41,898 bases of DNA, taken from positions 1 through 41,898 of the forward strand of contig CAYTYC010000012.1 in NCBI GenBank assembly GCA_964442255.1, in the 5' to 3' direction. The DNA comes from an uncultured archaeon (lineage in GTDB: Archaea; Iainarchaeota; Iainarchaeia; Iainarchaeales; 1-14-0-10-31-34). The translations under genes were made by a program, and so were the position numbers. Below are positions 17,514 to 26,387 of this stretch, one piece after another (within the stretch, counting starts at the first letter, position 1; the number at the start of each line of letters is the position of its first letter). The notes below the pieces were generated by a model. The model worked only from the letters and a program-made list of their open reading frames with translations. It had not been told where the DNA came from and did not search any database.

Positions 17514-18294
17514 TTTGCATCACTGTTTTACTTATTGCGGACTGTTTTTCCGCCATTTTTTCAACCATCTTGTCTACAGTTGGTTCAATCTCGGACAAAA
17601 CCTTTATTCCCTCAAAAGTTATTCCTTTTGCCGTGCAAACCCTTTCTATCAACCCGAAACCAGTTTCATTCAGCAGCTTTGCAGTTCCGTTAAGTGTTTC
17701 ATATGCGAGTTTTTCTTTTCCCTCTCCTTCCAAGCCGTGTTTTTCCAGTGAATTCAGGAAAAATTTCATGAACTGCGAAATTAGTGCGGGGGCGCAGCTG
17801 GTTAAGTGCGTAAAAATCTCCATTTTTTCTTCTTCGACTCTGTGGGGGCAGCCAATTAATGAAAGGTCTTTGACGAGGGTTGCCTCATCTTCCTTTGAAG
17901 TGCTCTCATTGGTTGAATAAAGCACTACCCCTGCCTTAACCAGATTCGTAATGCTCGGGATAATTCTGATTATTTTTAAGCCCTTCAGTTCTTTTCTGTA
18001 GAAATCGCTTTTTACCGCAGCAACTGTGGTAACGATTAATTTGTTTTTTAATGGACAAGCCTTAAGTTCGCTGATGACGTTTTTCAATTCCTGCGGCTTA
18101 ATGCAAAGGTAAATAGTATCAGAGTTTTCAACGACTTCCCGGTTATCTTTTGCAGCCCTTATGCGTAAAGCCTTCCTGAGGCTGTTTAGTTTTCCTGCGT
18201 CAGCATCAAACGCGGAAACAGACTTTCCTGCTTGCACATATTTCTCTATTAAAAGCTTTCCTATTGTGCCGGTTCCAATACAACCATATTCCAT
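17500..18294 (-). CDS. proC: Pyrroline-5-carboxylate reductase
   Basis: GCIGTGTIG, LCIKPQ, RIIPS, LTSCAPA, RVCTAKGITFEGI. Confidence 0.88.
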   Translation of the reverse strand: MEYGCIGTGTIGKLLIEKYVQAGKSVSAFDADAGKLNSLRKALRIRAAKDNREVVENSDTIYLCIKPQELKNVISELKACPLKNKLIVTTVAAVKSDFYRKELKGLKIIRIIPSITNLVKAGVVLYSTNESTSKEDEATLVKDLSLIGCPHRVEEEKMEIFTHLTSCAPALISQFMKFFLNSLEKHGLEGEGKEKLAYETLNGTAKLLNETGFGLIERVCTAKGITFEGIKVLSEIEPTVDKMVEKMAEKQSAISKTVMQNESD

Positions 18295-18388
18295 TTTTCT
18301 CCCCAACTTTGTCGTATCTGATAGATTTGGGGTCCAGGCCTTTATTGGGGTTTACCCTCATATTTGAGGGCTTTTTGGAGAAGCGGGT

Positions 18389-19042
18389 TTATTCTATTGA
18401 TTTAACTAAATCCGGTAAAAGCTTGCTTTCAGCCCGTTTAAGGTGTTCCCTGTAAGTTGCCACAGATACGCCCATGACCTTGGCTGCCTTGTTTAGGTCA
18501 GTTTTTTTTGGCCATTCGTAAAAGCCATTTTTTAGGGCTATCTCTATTGCCTGCTTTTGTTTTTCTGTCAGCAAAGGCATCAGGTGGGAGAAGTAGGTGT
18601 CTTTCAGCTTGCTTTCTTCAATCTTAAGCACTTCATTCTCTTTGAAATGTTTCCTTATGTCCTTAAGGAAGGCTGTCAAAAATGCTTTCTTCCAAGTGGC
18701 CACTTCCCAATACTCAAATCCATCCGGGGTTACGATGTTAGGCTTGACAAACAAAAGTTTTGGGTTGTAAAAAGTGCTGGGAATCTTGTCTTTTCTGACT
18801 TCAATAAGGAATATCTTGTTTCCGTCTACCTCAACTTCTTTTACTCTTGGATCTTTTTTTATGTCTTCAATGAACTTCTTGACATCTTTTGGCGCACCGT
18901 TCAAAGTATGGAGTTGTGGGGCGTATGTTACGCCTTTTTCAATAAAAATGTTGAATGGTATCCCCACAGTTGTTACATTAAATTTTCTGCACCTGTTTCC
19001 AATCACACAGTCATGCCTGACCCTTATTTTGCCAATCCACAT
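18389..19042 (-). CDS. HTH_10 (bacterio-opsin activator-like) transcriptional regulator
   Basis: C-terminal LTEKQ..AIEIA..NGFYEWPK.T.L..AA..MGVS..T..EHL.RAE.K. Confidence 0.88.
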   Translation of the reverse strand: MWIGKIRVRHDCVIGNRCRKFNVTTVGIPFNIFIEKGVTYAPQLHTLNGAPKDVKKFIEDIKKDPRVKEVEVDGNKIFLIEVRKDKIPSTFYNPKLLFVKPNIVTPDGFEYWEVATWKKAFLTAFLKDIRKHFKENEVLKIEESKLKDTYFSHLMPLLTEKQKQAIEIALKNGFYEWPKKTDLNKAAKVMGVSVATYREHLKRAESKLLPDLVKSIE

Positions 19043-19081
19043 AACACCTTATATGTGAGGTAAGCGATATAATCCTTGCAG

Positions 19082-20089
19082 TCAGAAGAGATTAACCAAA
19101 TAGTTCACGATAAAGTAGGACACAAAACCCACTGAGGTTGCGAACGGAATTGTTATAGCCCACGCCCAGACGATTTTTCTTGCCACAGTCCACCGCACGG
19201 CGGAAAACCTTTTCGTTACCCCAATCCCAAAAATTGAGCCCGCAATCACGTGGGTTGTGCTTACAGGAATTCCCGCCAAAGTGCTGCCGATTATGGTTGC
19301 AGCCCCTGCTGTTTCCGCGCAAAAGCCGTGAATCGGCCTAAGCTTTGTAATCTTTAAGCCCAGTGTTTTCACGACCCTCCAGCCCCCCGCCATTGTGCCC
19401 GCGGCAATTGTGCCGTGGGATAAAAGAACAACCCAAAAAGGCACATGAAACTCTCCCCCCAAAAAACCGCCGGTAAAGAGAAGAATCGCGATTATTCCCA
19501 TTGTCTTTTGCGCGTCGTTTGTCCCGTGCCCAAGGGAATAAACCGAAGCAGAAATGAGCTGAAGGCGCCTGAAATGCCTGTTGATTTTTTCCGGCGCCCT
19601 GTTTTTAACCAAATGAAGAATAAAGGAAAAAAAGAAAAACGCCCCAATCAGGCCCAGAATTGGCGCAATGAAAATGAACAAAACAACCTTCAATATTCCG
19701 GAGGCAATAAGTGATTGCAGCCCCGCCCCGGCTATGGCGGCGCCAATGAATCCGCCGATAAGCGAATGGCTTGCGGAAATCGGTATTCCCATAAAGGAAG
19801 TCAGGTAAACCCAGACAATTGCCCCGATTACCCCGCTTAAAATAATCACTTCATTGACTGCACCCGGCTCAATCAATCCTTTCCCTATTGTTGCCGCAAC
19901 AGCCGTCCCGAAAACAAACGCCCCAACCATGTTAAAGAAGGCGGCCATTAAAACCGCGCCGCGCATGGACAAAACCTGTGTGGCGACAACAGTGGAAATC
20001 GCGTTCGCCGCGTCATTGAATCCATTGCCGAAGTCAAATGCAAGGGCAATAATTATTCCCGCAATTACAAGCAGCACGGGGTCAAGCAT
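19082..20089 (-). CDS. pit: PiT-family inorganic phosphate transporter
   Basis: GFNDAANAIST, HGTNDAQK, GIPVSTTH signatures. Confidence 0.95.
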   Translation of the reverse strand: MLDPVLLVIAGIIIALAFDFGNGFNDAANAISTVVATQVLSMRGAVLMAAFFNMVGAFVFGTAVAATIGKGLIEPGAVNEVIILSGVIGAIVWVYLTSFMGIPISASHSLIGGFIGAAIAGAGLQSLIASGILKVVLFIFIAPILGLIGAFFFFSFILHLVKNRAPEKINRHFRRLQLISASVYSLGHGTNDAQKTMGIIAILLFTGGFLGGEFHVPFWVVLLSHGTIAAGTMAGGWRVVKTLGLKITKLRPIHGFCAETAGAATIIGSTLAGIPVSTTHVIAGSIFGIGVTKRFSAVRWTVARKIVWAWAITIPFATSVGFVSYFIVNYLVNLF

Positions 20090-20723
20090 GCTTCACCACT
20101 ATGTTTTCAATTATTGTGGCTATGTGCTTTCCCCTGTCCGTTAAAGTCTCCAAATCCTCGTAAAGGTCTTTGAGCTTTATTATTTCCACACTGTCCCTGG
20201 AGTTGCTGAACAGTTCCGCGACCGCCTGGTTGTGCACTTCGTCCGCGTCGTCCTCAAGCCGGTGGACTTTATTGCAGAAGGCGTCAATGTCCCTTGCCTT
20301 CCGCAGCCCCTTAACGCCTTTGTCCACTTCCCTTATCACTTCATCAACTATTTCAATTTGTTTCATCATTTTCTCCGGAATCTCCTTTATTCCGTATCTC
20401 CTCAGCTTTCTGGAAAAGCCGTCCAAAAAGTCGAGCAGGTCGTCCAAAAGGTTTGTCAATTCATGTATGTCTTCGCGGTCAATCGGCGTGATAAAGCTTT
20501 TGTGGAGTTTTGTTGTGATGTCCCTCACAATATCGTCCCCACGGTGCTCGAATTTCTTGATTCTATCCACCCTGGACTTAAGTTCCTCTTCGCTCATTGA
20601 ATTGAATCCGTTAATCATTTCATTAAATTCCACGGCTGCGTTGCACACGTTCTGGGACTGTTCCTCCAGCATTTCAAAGAATTTGCGGTCCTGTGGAACA
20701 AAAAACTGCGTCAGCCGCCTCAT
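20082..20723 (-). CDS. DUF47 PhoU-like phosphate transport regulator
   Basis: EHRGD, SFITPIDREDI, LEDDAD; coupled to pit. Confidence 0.93.
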   Translation of the reverse strand: MRRLTQFFVPQDRKFFEMLEEQSQNVCNAAVEFNEMINGFNSMSEEELKSRVDRIKKFEHRGDDIVRDITTKLHKSFITPIDREDIHELTNLLDDLLDFLDGFSRKLRRYGIKEIPEKMMKQIEIVDEVIREVDKGVKGLRKARDIDAFCNKVHRLEDDADEVHNQAVAELFSNSRDSVEIIKLKDLYEDLETLTDRGKHIATIIENIVVKHA

Positions 20724-20997
20724 ACACTACCAATAAGTGAGTTTGCCTTTTAACCTTTTCTAAGCCTTAACGGAAGAAAAGTCAGGGCCCTGAAAACTTT
20801 CCTTCGCCCAATCTCAAGGCAAGCAGGATTTTTTCAACCTGCTCGCTTGTGAGCACCAATTTACCGTTGGATTGCATTCTTCAACCCCTCCATACATTAT
20901 TGGAGTAATAAACGAAAAAGCAGTTTATATAATTACCCTAAATAGGCTATATAGTTTAAGTTATATTTATATAGGGTTGTGTTGTTGTTTGTTAAAG

Positions 20998-21945
20998 ATG
21001 CCGAGAAGAAAGATTCAGCTCATTGCGGGAACAACTTACTCTGTTTCGCTTCCAAAGGACTGGGTGAAAAAAAACGGCCTGAAGGAAAAGAGTGAATTAC
21101 AGATTGAGGAAAAAAACGACCGCACTCTGGTGATTCTCCCAAGCACGGAGCAGGAGAAAAAGCTGAACAAGATTTCCCTGAATGTAGACGATTACGGCAC
21201 AAGCTTTGACCAGGTTTTCTTTGCGGCCTATTACCTTGGGTTTGAGCACATCATCCTGCACTCAAAAAACGAGCTCACAAAAAAAATGAGGGCGGCAATC
21301 AGGGAAGCCCTGAGGCATATGAGCGGAAGCGAAATAAGCTTTGAGGACAGGAAAAAAATTGAAGTCCGCGTTTTGCTGGACAAGTCCAGGGTTGAGGTTC
21401 CGCAGGTTTTATACCGCTTAAACCTTTTGCTTGAATCCAGCATTTCAGGACTGCTCGGAAAACCCAACCTGAATGAATTAAAATTGAATGAGGACGAAAT
21501 CGACAGGCTTTACCACCTCATAGCAAAAACAATCCAGTCCTCTTTATTGGACTCGAACATCCTGCATTCCTCAAAGATAACAAACGTTTCTTTCATTCCC
21601 CCCTATTTCAGGATTGGAAAAAGGCTGGAAAACATAGGGGACAACCTTTTCAGCATCGCGGAGCACATTGATTCAACCAATGCGGGGTTTGAGTTCAAAA
21701 AAGAAATCCTGTTGTTCGTGCGCGCAAAGCTTGAAAGAAGCGTGCACCATCTCCTTAAGCCAGGGGATGTCTTTGAAAAAACTTCCCCGGAGGAGTTCGC
21801 TGAAATAAATGAAAGGGTGGAAAAAGTGAAAGACAAAAAGCTCCAGGGATACCTTGAGGACCTGGTGAGGTATGTTGCGGACACAGAAGAAGAGGTAGTC
21901 AACCTTTCCTTTTACAATGAGCTTATCCGGGACAAGGTCATGTGA
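20998..21945 (+). CDS. phoU: AbrB-domain/PhoU-family phosphate uptake regulator
   Basis: RKIQLIAGTTYSVSLPKDWV, EDEIDRLY, KRLENIGD; start refined to ATG 20998. Confidence 0.85.
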   Translation: MPRRKIQLIAGTTYSVSLPKDWVKKNGLKEKSELQIEEKNDRTLVILPSTEQEKKLNKISLNVDDYGTSFDQVFFAAYYLGFEHIILHSKNELTKKMRAAIREALRHMSGSEISFEDRKKIEVRVLLDKSRVEVPQVLYRLNLLLESSISGLLGKPNLNELKLNEDEIDRLYHLIAKTIQSSLLDSNILHSSKITNVSFIPPYFRIGKRLENIGDNLFSIAEHIDSTNAGFEFKKEILLFVRAKLERSVHHLLKPGDVFEKTSPEEFAEINERVEKVKDKKLQGYLEDLVRYVADTEEEVVNLSFYNELIRDKVM

Positions 21946-21986
21946 AGCCCGGGTTTCCCTTTTAATTATTTCTTCCGATTCTCTTA

Positions 21987-22772
21987 ATGGGGCTGAAATT
22001 GAAGGTTTCATTCGAACAATTGCTTGAAAAAGCGAAAAAACTCAATTCACGCAAGGAAAAATGGCATTTTCACATGCTTGGAAAGGACTGCGTGTTCAAT
22101 GAAGACAAGAGCTCTTACGCAATTTTTCTGGAAAACACTTCAAGCGGTGAAATTTTTTCCGCGCACTTCCCCCAACAGCCCCTGACGGAGGCAGCGCAGC
22201 TTGCACTGCTTCTTTACGGAAAAAAGTTTTTTGATGAAGAAGGGGCTGAAGGAAAAAAGGCCACGGAAAGGGGAAAAGAGCTCTTTGAAAGAATAAAAAA
22301 AGTGCACGACCTCGGAGAGGAATGGCACCACCACCATTTTCCCCCGGAATGCCTCTTCAACCAGGACAAAGGCAAGCACGCAATAGTTTTTGAGGACAAG
22401 GAAAACGGAAAGCTTGTTAGAAACCTGTATGATTCCTTTCCCTCGGCTGATTTGAGGATGGTTGAAAAACTCATGTACTCCGTGGAAGACAAAAGCGAAG
22501 GCAAAGAAAAAGAGGAAGCTTGCGAAGGGCAAAGGGAAGAAAACCGGGAAAATGAAAAAGTGCAAGCAGAAGAAGAAACAAAAGAAGAGTCAATTGAGAC
22601 CCCTTCAAAGGAAGGGGGGGACACTTCCGGTGAAGAAACAACTGAAGACACTGAATCAGGGGAAGGGCCCGCGGAAGAAAAAAAGGAAACAGGCGGAGAA
22701 GAAGATTTCGGGGACAGGGAAGACGATTCAGAAGAAGAGGAAGAAGAAGGGGAGAAAAAGGGGGAGACTTAA
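21987..22772 (+). CDS. Hypothetical protein with tandem WHxH..C.FN domains and acidic tail
   Basis: [14 protein letters not shown] and [14 protein letters not shown]; about 95-aa Glu-rich tail. Confidence 0.75.
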   Translation: MGLKLKVSFEQLLEKAKKLNSRKEKWHFHMLGKDCVFNEDKSSYAIFLENTSSGEIFSAHFPQQPLTEAAQLALLLYGKKFFDEEGAEGKKATERGKELFERIKKVHDLGEEWHHHHFPPECLFNQDKGKHAIVFEDKENGKLVRNLYDSFPSADLRMVEKLMYSVEDKSEGKEKEEACEGQREENRENEKVQAEEETKEESIETPSKEGGDTSGEETTEDTESGEGPAEEKKETGGEEDFGDREDDSEEEEEEGEKKGET

Positions 22773-22960
22773 TGGAATGCAAAAGGGAAGAAAATTTGAA
22801 GGACTGCAACTGCACTTATGACTGCCCGACCAAAGGCTTGTGCTGTGAATGCATCCGCCACCACCGCGAAGCAGGCGAGCTTCCGGCATGCTATTTTGGC
22901 GAAAAAGCGGAAAAAACATATGACCGAAGCATTGAACACTTTCTCAGACTAAACAAGTAA
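22772..22960 (+). CDS. Small Cys-rich protein (DUF6485-like)
   Basis: CNCTY.C..KG.CCECI.HH...ELPACYF...E.TYDRS. Confidence 0.8.
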   Translation: MECKREENLKDCNCTYDCPTKGLCCECIRHHREAGELPACYFGEKAEKTYDRSIEHFLRLNK

Positions 22961-23043
22961 TTTAATTACTTTTGTTGCCCTCTTTTTTAACTGGCGAAGC
23001 CAATCTTTGGCTTTTTGATCAAACTTTTTCCCAAAAAGTTTGC

Positions 23044-23115
23044 GGGCTTGTGGTCTAGTGGCAGGACGTCGCCTTCACACGGCGGAGATCCCCGGTTCGA
23101 TCCCGGGCAGGCCCA
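23044..23115 (+). tRNA. trnV: tRNA-Val(CAC)
   Basis: GGGCTTG/CAGGCCC acceptor, TCGCC-TTCACAC-GGCGG anticodon arm, CCCGG-TTCGATC-CCGGG. Confidence 0.93.
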
Positions 23116-23283
23116 TTTGCCCATTCCGTAGGGCAGGTCCGGTAAGCCACCTCCTTCGCTTTGCTGCGGAGGTAGGTTTGCTCGTTTCGCTCGCATGTGC
23201 CGGTTTCGCCCGGCAGGAACGAGATACGTCAACCCGCCCTTCGCTTAGCTCGGGATGGGTTATAAATATGGTGGCCCGCAAAC
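23116..23283. repeat. GC-rich multi-hairpin cassette downstream of tRNA-Val
   Basis: Shares an exact 27-mer TTGCCCATTCCGTAGGGCAGGTCCGGT (23117-23143) with 38411-38437. Confidence 0.8.
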
Positions 23284-23320
23284 GGATTCTTTTAATGCCT
23301 TTTGCTGTCTTAGTTTTTAA

Positions 23321-25642
23321 ATGCGCCCAAGGAATTTCCTGTTCTGTTTTCTTGCGATTTTCCTGGTTTTTTTGTTGAGTTGGGGGCTCAGCATGAACTG
23401 GAATTCATTGTATACCGCGCCAAAATCAATCGGCTTAAGCCTTATGGAATACGATACAAAAATTGCGCCGGAACAGGAAGCATGCTTTTCCCTGCAAATT
23501 GAATCCAATTTCGCCAAAAAAACAAACAGAAACCTCACAGTAATTGCTAATCAAAGAATTGCGCTGGAAAAAGAGGTTGACGTTTCCAAAAACCCTTTGC
23601 TAAAGGAATGCCTTTCGGCAGAATTTTTTTCCGAAGGAGAAAACTTTGTTGAAATGCGGATGGAGGAAAAACGGGTTTTTTACCATTTAAGTGCAGAAGA
23701 CGGAGTTAAGGAAAGTGTCCCTGTGCTTGCGCTTGAATCCTTGCCGGGAACAAGGGACAAAGTTATTGTAACAGTCACAAACAACCCTGATACAGCCTAC
23801 ACTCCGGTGGAAATCTATGTTAACGGGAAATTAGACCACCGGGCTTATTTCTCGGGAGAAAACTTTTCGTCAGCCGAAAGAATTGAATTAAGGGAAGGCA
23901 AAAACGAAGTAAAGGCGGTTTTCTTAGGGCAGGAAGACGAGATTTATGTGGAAAAGCCTTTGGGCTTCAAAATGAATCCCTTCCTTGGATTGATTGTTTT
24001 ATCCCTGCTTTTATGTGTTCTCGCTTTTCTGGTGTTCCCGAAAAAAGGCTTTTTTGAAAGGATTTCCTTTTCAATTCTCGCCTTTTTCTCAATTGTCTGC
24101 GTTGTTTTCTTTTTGCTTTACGTTTCCGGAATCCTTTCCGCGCAAAACTTTGTTGCAGGAATAATTGTTGTTGCGGTTGCTTTGGCTGTTTTTTTCAGGA
24201 AAAATTTTCGGAAACCCGACAGCCTTTTCACGGAAAACTGGAAAAAAAGGATTAAATCATTTCCCCCGCTTCTCTTCATGCTCTTGTGCATGATTCTGTT
24301 CTCATCGCTTTTCTTCAACTTTTTCACCCCCACCTACTTCGGGGTCTGGACAAGCTTTTATGAAAGGCAGTCCCGCACCATAATGGAAACACAGGAAATT
24401 CCTGTAACAGATGAATACAGTTTCCTTGGGACAAAGCCCTTCGGCTACATGACAGGCTATTTTTTCCTTAACCCCGGAATTTCGTGGTTAACCGGCCTGC
24501 CCACGCAACAAAGCTATGCGATAATAATGATTTTATCCCAGCTTGCGCTAATTGCATCCGCATTCCTTTTCTTTGGCACATTTGGGTTGGGAAGAAAGGC
24601 GTACATCGCGGTTGCGGTGAGCTTGTTTGGGGGATTTGTTTTCTCTGACTTCAGCTTCAACATAAGGCACGTGGTAAGCTATGCTTTCCTTTTCATGGGC
24701 ATGTATATGCTCCGAAAAAACAATGCGGTTGGCAGCGGGCTGGCTCTCGGATTCGGAACCTTTTTCCAGGCGCCGCTGTTTGCGATGTGCCTGGTGTTAG
24801 CGCCGGTGATTATCACAAAAAAGGAGGGCCTGAAAACGCTTGCCGTTTCCCTTTCTGTTGCAGCTTTAACCGCCCTCGTGTTTTTCGCCCCCACCCTATT
24901 GCAGGCAGGCATTCCCACACAGGCAATGCACAACGTTTGGGGGCATTTCTGGAGCATTCCCCTGTACGGGTTTGTGCTGGACTACCTGTCAATTCTTTTG
25001 CTGATTGCGCTCTTCATTGTTCCCTTTGTTTTCCTGAAAAAAGTGAAGTTCACCGCGTTTTCCCTGCGTGTTTTGGCTTTCCTTTTGCTTTTCATTTTCA
25101 TTCAGCTGTTTGTGAGCTACAGGATAAATGTGCCGGCGACAATAACCTTTGCACTGCTTGTGGCGCTTTTGTTTCCCGCGGACTTTGTGCGTGACAGGCT
25201 GAGGGAATATTCGATGTCAAGTTTTTTTGCCTTGGGCTATGCGTTCATGTTCATAGTGATAATAGCCTTCTACCCCGTTACGCCCTATGTTTCAGACGCC
25301 GCGGAATTTGTAAAGGAAAACACTTCCACTGAGGCAAACATTTTGAACGAGCCCTACCTCGGCCATCCATTAATTCATCTGGCGGAAAGAAAGGCTTCCG
25401 CGGATTTGGCCGTGGAGTATGCTAACCAGGGGATGATTGAGGACAGCTACAAATTCATTAAAAACAAGAACCCGGAAATTTTGGGGAAGTACGGAATAGA
25501 CTACGTGTTCACGCGCTCCGTTTTTCTGGATGAAAAGCCTGTGGGCGACAACTGGCACTGGGAAGTGATTGAATTCCCTTTCCTGGACAAGGTTTACGCA
25601 AACGAATACCTTATGGTGCACCGGGAAAGAAAAAACACGTAA
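23321..25642 (+). CDS. Large polytopic membrane protein, GT-C glycosyltransferase-like
   Basis: N-terminal TM, about 200-aa external domain, more than 12 TMs with loop FYERQ...DEYSF..KPFGY, C-terminal NILNEP..GH and KYGIDYVF. Confidence 0.55.
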   Translation: MRPRNFLFCFLAIFLVFLLSWGLSMNWNSLYTAPKSIGLSLMEYDTKIAPEQEACFSLQIESNFAKKTNRNLTVIANQRIALEKEVDVSKNPLLKECLSAEFFSEGENFVEMRMEEKRVFYHLSAEDGVKESVPVLALESLPGTRDKVIVTVTNNPDTAYTPVEIYVNGKLDHRAYFSGENFSSAERIELREGKNEVKAVFLGQEDEIYVEKPLGFKMNPFLGLIVLSLLLCVLAFLVFPKKGFFERISFSILAFFSIVCVVFFLLYVSGILSAQNFVAGIIVVAVALAVFFRKNFRKPDSLFTENWKKRIKSFPPLLFMLLCMILFSSLFFNFFTPTYFGVWTSFYERQSRTIMETQEIPVTDEYSFLGTKPFGYMTGYFFLNPGISWLTGLPTQQSYAIIMILSQLALIASAFLFFGTFGLGRKAYIAVAVSLFGGFVFSDFSFNIRHVVSYAFLFMGMYMLRKNNAVGSGLALGFGTFFQAPLFAMCLVLAPVIITKKEGLKTLAVSLSVAALTALVFFAPTLLQAGIPTQAMHNVWGHFWSIPLYGFVLDYLSILLLIALFIVPFVFLKKVKFTAFSLRVLAFLLLFIFIQLFVSYRINVPATITFALLVALLFPADFVRDRLREYSMSSFFALGYAFMFIVIIAFYPVTPYVSDAAEFVKENTSTEANILNEPYLGHPLIHLAERKASADLAVEYANQGMIEDSYKFIKNKNPEILGKYGIDYVFTRSVFLDEKPVGDNWHWEVIEFPFLDKVYANEYLMVHRERKNT

Positions 25643-25700
25643 ACCTGGACAACACAAAGGTTAAAAAAACTTCAATAAAAATTATTCTGGGGGGCTTGAA

Positions 25701-26387
25701 TTGGCGGACAAGGTTTTGCTTAACCAAAGCGCGAAAAAGGTTGAACGCGAATTGTACAGGTCCAGTTCGCTTTTAACGAATTTGAAGGAATTGAACGGCT
25801 CGCTGGAAAGCATTTACTCCAACCTGCTGAAACTGGAGGGGCTTGCAGAAGAAAACCCCGTGATTGCAAAAAAGTTGAGGGAACAGTTCAGGGAAACAAA
25901 AATCCTTCCATTGTTCAAGAAAATGGAGCAAAATTTGGTGGGGTTTAGGGGGGAGCTGGAAAGGCTTGAGGACAGCTCACTGAAAGCAAACCTTTTCCTT
26001 GAGGGAATGCGCGGCGAGCGCACATACAAATTCCGCGATGAAGTGGGCGCAAGGGAATTCATTGAGGAACTGCTTTCAGCCCTTGCGGTTGAAGAGGTCA
26101 CCTTCAGGCCCGAATTCATTGGGGTAACGGATTTAAGCGGAATAGCAGAAGAGCTTGAAGTTGAAAAAGGAAAAAACCAGGCGCTGAAGGTGCCGTCCCA
26201 TAAAGTGCAGAGACTGTTTGAAATTGTCTCCAAAAGCACGGAACCAAAAAATTTCAGGATTGAAACCGGTTTGTTCAGGCTCTGGTGGAACACGAAAAAC
26301 CAGTTTTCGGTTGAGGCGGAAACCGGCCTGCTGAAAAGGATTGACCGAATCTCCAAAAACCTTGAGGCAACCTTTTTTGAGGGCTAA
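25701..26387 (+). CDS. Hypothetical coiled-coil protein
   Basis: 228-aa ORF with genome-typical codon use and heptad-rich N-half. Confidence 0.65.
   Translation: MADKVLLNQSAKKVERELYRSSSLLTNLKELNGSLESIYSNLLKLEGLAEENPVIAKKLREQFRETKILPLFKKMEQNLVGFRGELERLEDSSLKANLFLEGMRGERTYKFRDEVGAREFIEELLSALAVEEVTFRPEFIGVTDLSGIAEELEVEKGKNQALKVPSHKVQRLFEIVSKSTEPKNFRIETGLFRLWWNTKNQFSVEAETGLLKRIDRISKNLEATFFEG

Noticed and set aside
22987-23378. ORFs overlapping tRNA-Val
   Set aside because: They overlap the tRNA and the hairpin cassette; shadow frames
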